From the NCBI GenBank assembly GCA_040182905.1, contig JARQWU010000065.1:1-41735 (forward strand): a stretch of 41,735 nucleotides of DNA, written 5' to 3'. The DNA comes from Barthelona sp. PAP020. Taxonomy: Eukaryota. The notes beneath the pieces are model-generated. The model made no database searches. It was not told the origin of the DNA and saw only the letters and a list, made by a program, of their open reading frames with translations. The stretch's first letter is position 1; each line of letters starts with the position of its first letter. Position numbers and translations under genes: made by a program. Positions 30,191 through 40,180 of the stretch are shown here, one piece after another.

Positions 30191-30597
30191 AAATTACTGT
30201 TTCAATCCTTTAAACCCCCGATAATCTTTTAAGTAATGTGGAAGTTCATGCTCAATGAACGGAATTTATTGGAGATATAAAGAGGTCATCAAATATCACT
30301 ACCTTTATTTGTTATTTCTTGACCATCTCTGCGTCCAATTTGTTTTAAGTTACTTGGGCATCTGAATCCACGTGAGTTTTTTCCCAAACCTTAAGCTAAC
30401 TCGTTTTGTTGTTCACTGAACAACTCATACCTCATAAATATCTAATAAAGTCTTATTTCATATTTTTTTTTTTTTTTTTTTTTTTTTGTATTAACCCATT
30501 TTCCACAAAAAAAGACGTACATCAAACAAGAAAAATGTAATTGAACATACATTATTATATAAATTATTTACAACATAAGAAAACTGAGCAGATATCA

Positions 30598-31185
30598 TTA
30601 ATTGCTTTGTTTAAGACCATTCACAAATTTTTGAACGAAGTCACTCAACAACGAATAACCAAAAAGAGAAAGGCCTGTTGTGCTACCATGCAATAAAGCA
30701 GTATGATGTCCAGAAGAGAGATTTGATAAATAGCTAGCACTAAAACCAGCAAAAACACGAGTAAATGTGGATTTAGGTAATCCAAAATGCTGTTCACATA
30801 GACATAAAACGCTGCTATTTACAGAATTCCATAAACATAATCCAAACCCTTTCTGAAGGGTAGAAGAATTGATTGAAGAAAGTCCAAATTGATTCCGATA
30901 TCCATTTGGAGCCATTATTGAAGATTTTAAAAAGTCATACCCAGCACTTGAGAGAAAGGATGGCAATAAATTTTTACCAAACTCATTCAAAAAAACTTCC
31001 GCAGGATTCAAGTGAGAATTATCATCTTTAAACCCATTTTTAATCTTTTCAAACATGTTAACAGGTAAAATAGGACCATAAATACTGTTAGTACCTGAAA
31101 ATTGCAATTTTAAAGGTAAATTTAAAAGAGGTGATATATCATTTTCTTTAAGAAATATATTCAATATAGAATTAAGATGTTCCAT
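30598..31185 (-). CDS. Divergent Tim17/Tim22/Tim23-family inner-membrane translocase subunit (Tim17-like)
   Basis: P..FLNEFG, FLK....AP.GYR, G.GLCLWNSVNS...C, VFAGFSA..L....G...A..G...G align with Tim17 P.RI.DD.G / .KG.RN.P.G / GG.FA.WGG.FS..DC / SI.SG..TG..LA.R.G; ATG at 31185. Confidence 0.6.
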   Translation of the reverse strand: MEHLNSILNIFLKENDISPLLNLPLKLQFSGTNSIYGPILPVNMFEKIKNGFKDDNSHLNPAEVFLNEFGKNLLPSFLSSAGYDFLKSSIMAPNGYRNQFGLSSINSSTLQKGFGLCLWNSVNSSVLCLCEQHFGLPKSTFTRVFAGFSASYLSNLSSGHHTALLHGSTTGLSLFGYSLLSDFVQKFVNGLKQSN

Positions 31186-31546
31186 TGTTAAGTTATAATT
31201 ATTCTTGCTTTTTAGTTCCAATAATTTCTTTAATTTGGTTTAATTGTTTTTGTTTTAAAAAATACTTCCAATAGAGTGTGTATAAAATCCAAAGAATCCA
31301 ACAAACAGAAATCCAAAAACCTGGATGAGTAAAAGACAAAACCATTAATTGAAAAACATCCGCCAAATTTCCTTCTCTTTTCTTTTCACAATCAAAGAAT
31401 TAGGTCAACATATCGAAAGTAATAATATATAAATATAAATATAAATTTATTGAAACAAAAAATGTTAACAATTAAAAATGTGTAAAAGTACACAAACATT
31501 GATTATATTTACTTTCTAAACAATAATAAGTTCACAATTTCTATAA

Positions 31547-32539
31547 TTATTGATGATATCTGTCATTTCGTCTAACAACTCTTCTTCTTGGAGAACTTCT
31601 TCTTGAAGCTACACTTAGAGAATCATCATCCATTCGAGATCTTAAATCTTCTTTTTCTTCCTTATTTTCTAAACTTTGCAAGGATAATTTAACAGAATTT
31701 ATTTGATCAACTTGATTGTTTACAGTAGTCAAATCTAAATAACACTTTGGTAAATCCATATTTACTTCATAAGTTTGATACTTTTCAATTAATTCTTCCA
31801 TTGCTGGTTTACGTTTAGAGTAATAATGAAGTAAACTGAAAATATTTGGATCACTTTGTTTGCTGTCAAAAATATCTAATGTCGCATCTACTTGTTCAAT
31901 GTGGTCCTTTAATTCTCTCATTTTGTCTTCCAATTGAGAAGTTTGTTTGGTCAAATATTCATCAGACTCATTCAACAATTCTTGTTCTTTTTGGTCAATC
32001 AATTTCCTCAATTCTTTGAAATTGTTTTGCATTGTTGTTTTAACACTTTGAGTAGACTCAATCAATTCTCTTCGATGAGAATTAATATTTTCAAAATTTT
32101 TATTTAACTCCAACAATTGAGCCTTTAAACTTTCAGATAAAGTATTAGATTTATCAATTACAATAGGATGTGCCAATTTCAATTTCTTTACATCATGATC
32201 CCTATGTTCTCCATGAATACAACATTCAGGACATGCCAATAAATCACAAGTTAAGCAATAATATGTTAATTCTTCGTCAGGATGTAGTTTACAATTTGTA
32301 TCAGCAGCCAAATCAGGATTTTCAACTTTTTTCACAACTTGCTTAACTAAAGGAGAAGAATATTCATTCTTTTCATTTTGAGTTTGATAATTTGATGCTG
32401 TTTGTAATAAAGTGTCTAATTCTTGTTCATCAACATTACCATCCAAATCATTTTTCTACATCGTTAGTATTATTAATTAATCTAACCAATAAACATCTTC
32501 ACGTGATATAAATGAATCAATGTCAACAGTAGTGGTCAT
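31547..32539 (-). CDS. B-box zinc finger plus coiled-coil protein; exons 32495-32539 and 31547-32455
   Basis: CKLHPDEELTYYCLTCDLLACPECCIHGEHRDH B-box followed by a BBC coiled coil; the ATG is reached only through a 39-nt intron. Confidence 0.88.
32456..32494 (-). other. Spliceosomal intron, 39 nt
   Basis: Minus strand GTTTATT...TACTAACGATGTAG; contains an in-frame TAA; links MTTTVDIDSFISRED to KNDLDG. Confidence 0.8.
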
Positions 32540-32691
32540 TAATAAAAAAGAGCGATGATCAAATTGAAATTTAAATTTCATTTTCGCTTTAATTTATGGA
32601 TCCCTTTTTTTTTCAATTTCAAATACTTTTGACATAAAAACGAAGAATCTTTCAATAAAATTGTTTGAATCTGAATTTTTTTTTCTTTGAA

Positions 32692-34704
32692 ATGGTTGTG
32701 AAAGAAATTGAAATCAAAGCATCACGTTGGATAGAACAAGATGAAAATCAACCAAAATGGCGTTTACCAGGAACTGACTTTACTTATGGAAATCAGACAG
32801 GTATTCCTCAGGAGGGAAGAGTTAGTCCAATTTCGAATTTTGCCAAAACAGCGAGTTCTATACCTGAAAAGGTTGCTTTTATGTATCGAAATCATCTTGA
32901 AGATGGTTCTTTCAGTGAATATATTTCCATCGATTATAACACTGCATTTCAGATGGTTGTTGAAATTGCTGAAGGATTACGGGCCATTGGAATTCAAACT
33001 GGTGATCGCGTTGGTTTAATGTCTTGGAATCGTGTTGAATGGTCACTTTCTGATCTTGCAGTCAACTATTTGGGTGCTATTAGTGTTCCTGTATATGATA
33101 CAATGACTACTGAAGGTATTATTCATGTTTTTAATGATTCTGGATTGAAAATAATGATAATGCAGCGAGAAAATTTTGATAGAATTGCTAGATTACAAAC
33201 TAATTTTGAATTTCTTGAGACAATAATAATAATGGATAACTTAGATACTGATAAAAGATGGTGTTTAACAAATTCGTCAAAGTTTGATTTTACTCTCAGT
33301 TCTGTTATGGGTTTAGGAAGAAATTACATAGAAAAAAACAAAAAAGACCATGAAGATAGTTTTTTTTTCCAACCTGAAGTACAAAACCCAGAAACATGTT
33401 TTTCCATCGTTTATACCAGTGGATCCACTGGGTTACCAAAAGGTGCAATGATTTCCAATCAAAATATTTTGTATGGAGGATGTGCTTTGAGTACTTTGTT
33501 GCCTGCCCCAGCAGAGAGTGATAGAAATGTTAATTTCCAAGATGTTTTATTCAGTTTTTTGCCTTCGGCACATATTTTCGCTCGGGCTCTTGAAGTAGCC
33601 TTACACATGGTACATGGTACAGTTGGTTTCTTTACAGGGTCAACAAAAACAATCACTGAAGATATTAATCTTTTGAAACCTACTGTTTTTGCTGGTGTAC
33701 CTAGATTGTTTAGCAAAATATATACAGCCATTATGGATGGTATTGCTGATAAAAATTTCTTCGTCCGAGCATTATTCTCATCAGCATTGGACCGTAAGAT
33801 TGAAAAGATTCGTATTGGTGAAACAACACCCATTTACGATTCTCTCGTATTTAAACCCTTTGTTGCTTCCAAATTTGGAGGAAGAATTAGAGCTATATAT
33901 AGTGGGTCAGCTCCCTTACCCAAATTTATTGCTGAATTTATGAAAGCGACTTTTTGTGCTGTATTATCAGAAGGATATGGTTGTACCGAAACATCTTCTG
34001 CTGGTGGTGTTGGATCTATTTTCTGCAATTATTATGGCCATATTGGATATCCACGTGGTCAAACCAGAACCAAACTTGTTGAAAGAAGTGATATGGGATA
34101 TTCTTTAGACAATGAAACACCTATGGGAGAAATATATATCGGTGGACCTGTTGTATTCATGGGATACTGGAATAATGAACAAAAAACAAATGAGGTTTTG
34201 TTTGATGGATGGGTGAAAACAAGTGACATTGGAAAATTGGATGAAACCCAAAATTTATTCATTATTGACAGGGCTAGTGATACTTTTAAGGGACCTCAGG
34301 GTGAATTCATTGCTCCTGGATCTCTTGAGAATATTTATGTGCAATCCCCATTCATCGAAGACATTGTTGTTGTTGGAGGTGCTGTTAAATTGGTTGCTGT
34401 TGTTGCTGTTGAACCAAAATATTGGACCGAAGACCCTGAAGAGCAAGCTGAATTGTCCAAAAGAATAATTGAAAATCTTGACCTTATTGGAAAGGAACAT
34501 GGTGTTCGAGGTTATGAAAAGATTGCTGCTGTTCATTTGGTGAAGGAATTCACTGTTGAAAATGGTTTGATCAATCCAGCAAATAAGAAAATTAGAAAAA
34601 ATTTCAAGAAAACTTTTGAGTCTGAATTATTGGATCTTTTAAGATTCGTCAATTCTGCTTATGGTGCAATAGAACAACATGTTGATATTAAATGCTGTGT
34701 TTAA
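32692..34704 (+). CDS. Long-chain-fatty-acid--CoA ligase (ACSL/FAA family)
   Basis: YTSGSTGLPKG AMP-binding motif, SFLP.AHIF, EGYGCTET, GE....GP.VF.GYW, D.G.....L.IIDR; ATG at 32692. Confidence 0.95.
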   Translation: MVVKEIEIKASRWIEQDENQPKWRLPGTDFTYGNQTGIPQEGRVSPISNFAKTASSIPEKVAFMYRNHLEDGSFSEYISIDYNTAFQMVVEIAEGLRAIGIQTGDRVGLMSWNRVEWSLSDLAVNYLGAISVPVYDTMTTEGIIHVFNDSGLKIMIMQRENFDRIARLQTNFEFLETIIIMDNLDTDKRWCLTNSSKFDFTLSSVMGLGRNYIEKNKKDHEDSFFFQPEVQNPETCFSIVYTSGSTGLPKGAMISNQNILYGGCALSTLLPAPAESDRNVNFQDVLFSFLPSAHIFARALEVALHMVHGTVGFFTGSTKTITEDINLLKPTVFAGVPRLFSKIYTAIMDGIADKNFFVRALFSSALDRKIEKIRIGETTPIYDSLVFKPFVASKFGGRIRAIYSGSAPLPKFIAEFMKATFCAVLSEGYGCTETSSAGGVGSIFCNYYGHIGYPRGQTRTKLVERSDMGYSLDNETPMGEIYIGGPVVFMGYWNNEQKTNEVLFDGWVKTSDIGKLDETQNLFIIDRASDTFKGPQGEFIAPGSLENIYVQSPFIEDIVVVGGAVKLVAVVAVEPKYWTEDPEEQAELSKRIIENLDLIGKEHGVRGYEKIAAVHLVKEFTVENGLINPANKKIRKNFKKTFESELLDLLRFVNSAYGAIEQHVDIKCCV

Positions 34705-34910
34705 TGTTGTTAACAGAATTTCATCATTTTGTAAAATTTTTTTGTTTCAATTTAATTATTTTTGAAATTTGGTAAATTATGTGTTTGTGGTTGTTTATTA
34801 TTTATTTCACTAAAAGGAAAAAAAAGGAAAACAAAAAACATTTTCTCAAAGTTTTTCTTTCTAGTTTTTCTTTTTCTTTTGGCAAATAAAAAAGTGAAAG
34901 TTATTTATAA

Positions 34911-35585
34911 TCAATCAGTTCTTTGACCAATTCCTTGAAATCTTTGAGGCTGATTGTTTCGGTTGAAAATTTCATGCAAAAATCGTGGAGTTTTAAGAAT
35001 ATTGATACCTTTAATTGGGGGTAATACATCTCTTAAAAAATACCAACTGTGACCAATAATGATACCAACAATAAATGATGCAACTGAACTACCCATAAAG
35101 AAATTTAAAACAACAATAGCTACTGGTAGATATCTGGCTGGAATTGCAATTATTCCAAAAATACGAACAATAGCATCCGGTGTGTGTCTAGACCAAAGAT
35201 ATATCATGGCAGATTCAATACAAGAAAAGTATATCAAAAAATTTTTGAAAAATGAAGAAACTAGGGATAAAGATCCTGAAAATAGTAAAAAGAACAAGAA
35301 ATCTCCTGATTTTCCACTGAAATAGTTTTCTTCTAATGATCTCGAATAATCAAAGAAAAAATAAAGATGCAAAGCAAAAGAAATACTAAAGTCTCCTAAA
35401 TAAAAGAAAGAAGTAAATAAACGCCACAATTGTCTTCGATGAATAATGTGTTTCCAATATAAACATAGATCAAAGGGAGATAATACACCAAAATGACACA
35501 ATATAGTAAAAATTAATATCACAAACAGATAACATCTGGTAACAATCGGAATTTTCTTGATAAAATCGATTACTGTGTTTGCCAT
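34911..35585 (-). CDS. Derlin (Der1-like) ERAD membrane protein
   Basis: IP.VTR, QLWRLFTSFFY, YSRSLEE..F....DF, IYLWSR, GH.WYFL.DV.P, terminal FQG.GQR SHP box. Confidence 0.93.
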   Translation of the reverse strand: MANTVIDFIKKIPIVTRCYLFVILIFTILCHFGVLSPFDLCLYWKHIIHRRQLWRLFTSFFYLGDFSISFALHLYFFFDYSRSLEENYFSGKSGDFLFFLLFSGSLSLVSSFFKNFLIYFSCIESAMIYLWSRHTPDAIVRIFGIIAIPARYLPVAIVVLNFFMGSSVASFIVGIIIGHSWYFLRDVLPPIKGINILKTPRFLHEIFNRNNQPQRFQGIGQRTD

Positions 35586-35856
35586 GAATGACTATTTAAC
35601 AAATACAAAATCTATAAGTACAAAAAAAAAAGGTATTTTTATCTTTTTCAAAGAGATAAATTGTTTTTTAGGAGACTTGGGTTGTTTTTTTTTTTTTTGC
35701 AAATCAAAATAAGATGTGTTACAATTAAAATTATTTGTTTTTATTTGACCAAAAAGTCTTCCATTGTAGAAAATTAATAAATTTATATTAATTATTTAAT
35801 TATTTTTTAATTTATTTGATCCTATACTGATTTTTGATAACCGTTAATTGGAACGA

Positions 35857-37005
35857 ATGTCATCTGGATTATACATTTTTGAAAATCCATCAGACACGGA
35901 AGATGAAGATTTAATATTTCCTGTACCTTCTGGTTATGACGGATGCAACTCACCAAATATCAAAAATATCAACACTAACAGTACTTTGAACACGAAAACA
36001 ATCAAAGATGAAAGTACAAAATCAATTCAAAAATCACATATTGTTGAGTCGGTGAAACCAAAAGTACAAACGAAAATAAACCAAAATTTAGACAATTGGT
36101 ATGGAAATTTACTTCCAGAATTAGGTAGAGCGGGAAAAACACCCAATAAAATTGTTGAAATTATTCGGAAAGAGGGAATACCTTCTGAAGTACGAAGTTC
36201 AATTTGGCCATTATTATTAGGAAACCCTTTTTGTATTGGTGATTCTTTATTTGAAATATGTAAAACAAGGGGACAAAGTATATATGAAAAGTCAAAGAAT
36301 GGACAGACATTTTTAGAGGCTTTACATCCGTCCAAATATACTTCAGCAGGTGATTTAAAAATAATAGATACAGATATACCTCGAACATGTTCTTCAGCAG
36401 AAATGAAACTCACTGCTGAACAAGATGATCATATTCGACAATTACTATTTGCATTTGTTGCTTTTAGACCTGATGTTGGTTACACTCAAGGGTTGACATA
36501 CTTAGTCTTTCCATTAGCCTTGAATCTAAGACCGAATACAGCGTTTCAGTGTTTAATTTCCATTATTCTTAAAAGTCCCATACTATTAACTGTATATAGG
36601 AGAAGTGATTCAGGTAGAAATGCATTATATCGTGCATTTTACTTTTTTTTTGAAAATGAGTTGAAAGACTTGTTTCAAAGAATGCGACAGTTGGATTTAT
36701 TAACACATTTTAAAGTTATTCTGGAAAGATGGTTTATGACCTTGTTTAAGACAGCTTTGGATGATGAATTGTCAATGTGGATTTTGGATTGGTTCTTTAC
36801 TGAAGGAGATATTGTATTATTTAAAGCAGCTTTGAGCTTATTGAAGTACCATAAAAATTTCATAATGAATAATTCTTTTGAAGACAGTTTACAATTATTG
36901 GGTCAAAAATTTGATGATATTGAACATCAACCACTTCTAGATAACATGCCCAAAAAAATAAAACCAGAACAATTTTCAAACGTTTTGGCCAGCTATGGCT
37001 TTTAA
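35857..37005 (+). CDS. TBC-domain Rab GTPase-activating protein
   Basis: GIPSEVR..IW..LLG, I.TDIPRT (Arg finger), GYTQG (Gln finger), WFMTLF, D.FF.EG; first ATG at 35857. Confidence 0.92.
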   Translation: MSSGLYIFENPSDTEDEDLIFPVPSGYDGCNSPNIKNINTNSTLNTKTIKDESTKSIQKSHIVESVKPKVQTKINQNLDNWYGNLLPELGRAGKTPNKIVEIIRKEGIPSEVRSSIWPLLLGNPFCIGDSLFEICKTRGQSIYEKSKNGQTFLEALHPSKYTSAGDLKIIDTDIPRTCSSAEMKLTAEQDDHIRQLLFAFVAFRPDVGYTQGLTYLVFPLALNLRPNTAFQCLISIILKSPILLTVYRRSDSGRNALYRAFYFFFENELKDLFQRMRQLDLLTHFKVILERWFMTLFKTALDDELSMWILDWFFTEGDIVLFKAALSLLKYHKNFIMNNSFEDSLQLLGQKFDDIEHQPLLDNMPKKIKPEQFSNVLASYGF

Positions 37006-37437
37006 TTTTCATTCTTTTTAACTTCTCTTTTTTTTTTTTTTTGTATGTATTTTTCACATAAATATTTGTATAAGCACATGTTTTCTTTTATTGTTGCATA
37101 TCAACTTCCTTTTTTTTATTTGCTGTTTAAAAGAATTCTCATATTCAATTTATTCAATTAATTTAACAATCTTTTGTTTACAAAAATATAAATCCAAGTC
37201 AATTGGAAATAAAAAACTTTGTTGAAACCTTCAAGAAAAAAGAAAAAATATTCTTCTTCCTTCACTGTCAAACTCAACTTTTTCATGTGAAAAAGAGCTT
37301 TGGATAACAATAATACCTCTTAAAATCAAAATGATCAAGAAATCTTGAAAATAAAAAACATGCGTGGAACAAAATCCCATAATCTTATTATAATCTTATC
37401 TAAAATTTAGCATCAAAATTGAATTTATTATATCTTT

Positions 37438-38554
37438 ATGTTATCTTTGCAAGATTTTATACATGGTTTCGAATGTTTTAGGGACAAATCAAGGGCAATT
37501 TTTGATATATTGAATTTCTTGAAAAAATATCCAATGTTTAGTCTAAATCAACAATTAATAAGTATTTTTCAACTTTTTATTATGTTTTACTAACTTTTTA
37601 GAACGTATCAATGGGATAGAAATGAATTGTATTGTCATTGAAGGTAATATTCCAATAACTTTTCGAAACAGACCTTATTCACTTCCAATACGAATATTAC
37701 CTGACTTATATCCGGATTTTCAACCTCAAGTCAATGTAAAAATTTTATCGGGAATGTTCGTTCCTCAAAAGCATCCATTTGTCACCGCAAATGGATCTTG
37801 TAATGATTTTTATTATCTTAGTAATTGGAATATAAATCATACTTTGATAAAATTGGCAGATTTACTTTCTATTGAGTTTTCTGCACATTGTCCATTATTC
37901 AAAGATTCTTCAGACTCTCAATCTAACATTAGTCATCATTCCAATCATTCCACACATGTATATCAACCCTCATACAATTTTAATAATAGCAACAACAGTA
38001 TTCAGATGAATCATAGCGTTTCACCTCAAAAGCAAACTATGTATCCATCCTTTGGAGTTGTTAATTATCCATTTATTTCTCCTTCTATTGATATGAACCA
38101 TAATGAAAGGAGACAGAAAACTCTATCTGATCCCTTTACTGAAATAAAAACCAGTTTACGAGTGAAACTTGTTCAAGAATTAAGACTAAGACAATTAGAG
38201 TATAATCAACAAACAAAGCGATATGATGACGTTAAAACAACGTTAATGGAGAAAGATAAACAAATGTGCATTCAAATCAGTCAATTAACTGATGTGAAAG
38301 AATTTGTTTGCAAAAATTTGAAGCAAAATACTTCAAATATGCTTGAGGAAATTGTGAAACCCTTCAAAGAGAAAGACAAAGAATTATTAAACCTTTATTC
38401 TGAATATTTATCTTTGGTCGATGTTATTAATGACCTTACAGTTGTAAGAATGGATGGGATCATTAATCAAGACACAATTTTATCAAAAACGAAGGAGTTG
38501 ATTGCTCGAAGAGACGCTTTAAAGAAAATTTTAAGCACCAACAATTTTATATAA
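37438..38554 (+). CDS. TSG101: ESCRT-I subunit TSG101/Vps23; exons 37438-37561 and 37602-38554
   Basis: UEV domain (G.IPI.FR..PY.LPI...P..YP..QP.V.V, HPFV..NG), Pro/Ser-rich linker, coiled coil, steadiness-box-like C-terminus. Confidence 0.8.
37562..37601 (+). other. Spliceosomal intron, 40 nt (phase 1)
   Basis: GTATTTT...TACTAACTTTTTAG; joins an upstream ATG exon in frame to the UEV ORF. Confidence 0.85.
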
Positions 38555-38747
38555 CTCAATTTTTGATTTCAATTTTTCAATTTTTTTTGTTTTAGTCGTT
38601 TATCTTGTAAATATGGTTTAGTTTTTCTTTTTTTTTTTTTTTTTTTGAAGCATTTTCTTTTTTTTTCAATGATTATAAAGCAATGAAGATATTGAATTGT
38701 TTTTTTCAAGCAATATTTTTTTTAACTTTTGTTGTTTTTGCAGTAAT

Positions 38748-39998
38748 ATGACATTTCCACAACACTTTATCGAAGCTCAATTACTTCCTGATTTGGATAC
38801 ATTTGAAGAAAACGATTTTTTAATTGCTTTTGCAGGTTGTGTTCATGGACATTGGGATAATGTATATGAACAAGTTTTAAATGCAGAATTTGCCTTGCAA
38901 AAAGAAATTGATATTTTAATTGTTACTGGTGATGGAACAACTATACGAAATATTTATGATATCAACAGTCACAAATGTCCAAGTAAATATCAGGCATTTG
39001 GTGATTTCTACAAATATTATAATGGTACCACTATTGCACCCAAATTAACAATATTGATTGGAGGTAATCATGAAGCCTCTAATTGTCTTTGGGAAAATTT
39101 TTTTGGGGGATATATTGCTCCAAATATTTATTATTTGGGGCATACTGGTTGTTTAAATCTGTATGGAAACCGAATTGTTGGATTGAGTGGAATTTATCAC
39201 GACTTTGGGCATTTTAAGAAATTTCGAGGGATCTCAAAAAGCAATTTAGTCTATGGTCATCAAATTAGACAATATTCTGTTGAATTATTGATGAAGTTTG
39301 GTGAATATTTGAAAAGTTTGAATGACAGAAATGGAGATGTGAAAGCTTATATATGTCACGATTGGCCAACGTTAATACAAGAAGAAGAAAGGTATGTAAA
39401 TCCTGAGCAATATAAATTGATGAAACGTTTGAACAAAAGATTTATGACTCCTGGTCAATTGCAAGCGTTTGTACATAATGACATCATTGATAATTTGGAC
39501 CCTGATCTTTGTGTATGCTCCCACATGCATTTCACAGCAAAAATTGATCTGAAATTGAGGAGTGGAAAAACAAGCATATTGAATGCCTTATGTAAATGTT
39601 GTGATGATAGAATACCTAGAGGTGCTTATTATGGGTTGAGTATTCAAAAATGGAAAAAAACAAGTGATGCTAAGATTGAATTCGATCCATATTGGGCAGG
39701 TATGCTTAAAAAATTCGGAAACTTAATACCATTTCAGCATTGGAACTCTAACAAAGATACCTTTAAAAGAATAACTTTAGGGAACATCAGACCAAATGAA
39801 ATTGAACCTTTGATAATTGAAATACCAGAATTTAACAAATATGTTGAAGAGTTGTTTGAACCTTTGCCCGAGAAATTTTTACATTATCCAATAAGACTGA
39901 CAGAATCACCTTCAACTGTTCAAATATGTCGATTATTAGAAATAGATTTCAATCTTTTTGCTGGATTGATTTCTAAAGACGATATTATTGAGTTTTAG
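38748..39998 (+). CDS. DBR1: RNA lariat debranching enzyme
   Basis: GCVHG, GD....RN..D, P.KY..FGDFYKYY.G...AP.LTI.IGGNHEASN, APNIYYLG, GLSGIY, HDWP, HMH motifs; first ATG at 38748. Confidence 0.93.
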   Translation: MTFPQHFIEAQLLPDLDTFEENDFLIAFAGCVHGHWDNVYEQVLNAEFALQKEIDILIVTGDGTTIRNIYDINSHKCPSKYQAFGDFYKYYNGTTIAPKLTILIGGNHEASNCLWENFFGGYIAPNIYYLGHTGCLNLYGNRIVGLSGIYHDFGHFKKFRGISKSNLVYGHQIRQYSVELLMKFGEYLKSLNDRNGDVKAYICHDWPTLIQEEERYVNPEQYKLMKRLNKRFMTPGQLQAFVHNDIIDNLDPDLCVCSHMHFTAKIDLKLRSGKTSILNALCKCCDDRIPRGAYYGLSIQKWKKTSDAKIEFDPYWAGMLKKFGNLIPFQHWNSNKDTFKRITLGNIRPNEIEPLIIEIPEFNKYVEELFEPLPEKFLHYPIRLTESPSTVQICRLLEIDFNLFAGLISKDDIIEF

Positions 39999-40180
39999 TT
40001 CAATTCAAAATTTGCCTGCATTTTTTTTTTTTTGAAGTAAAAAATTGTTTTTTCTTTTTTTTTGCACATAAAACATGCCATAATGCATGTATGTATATAT
40101 CCTCTAAGAAGGATAGAAAGTAAAAATAAATAAAAAGAGGAAAGAAAAAAATTTATACTTAATGATGCAACTGCCGGCAA

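Noticed and set aside
30463..30487. T25 as the poly(A) scar of a retroposed Tim17-like gene
   Set aside because: Homopolymers of 12-19 nt are common in these spacers and no target-site duplication is visible
38699..38743. Possible 45-nt intron upstream of DBR1
   Set aside because: Splicing from the upstream ATG at 38683 gives the wrong frame and an immediate stop
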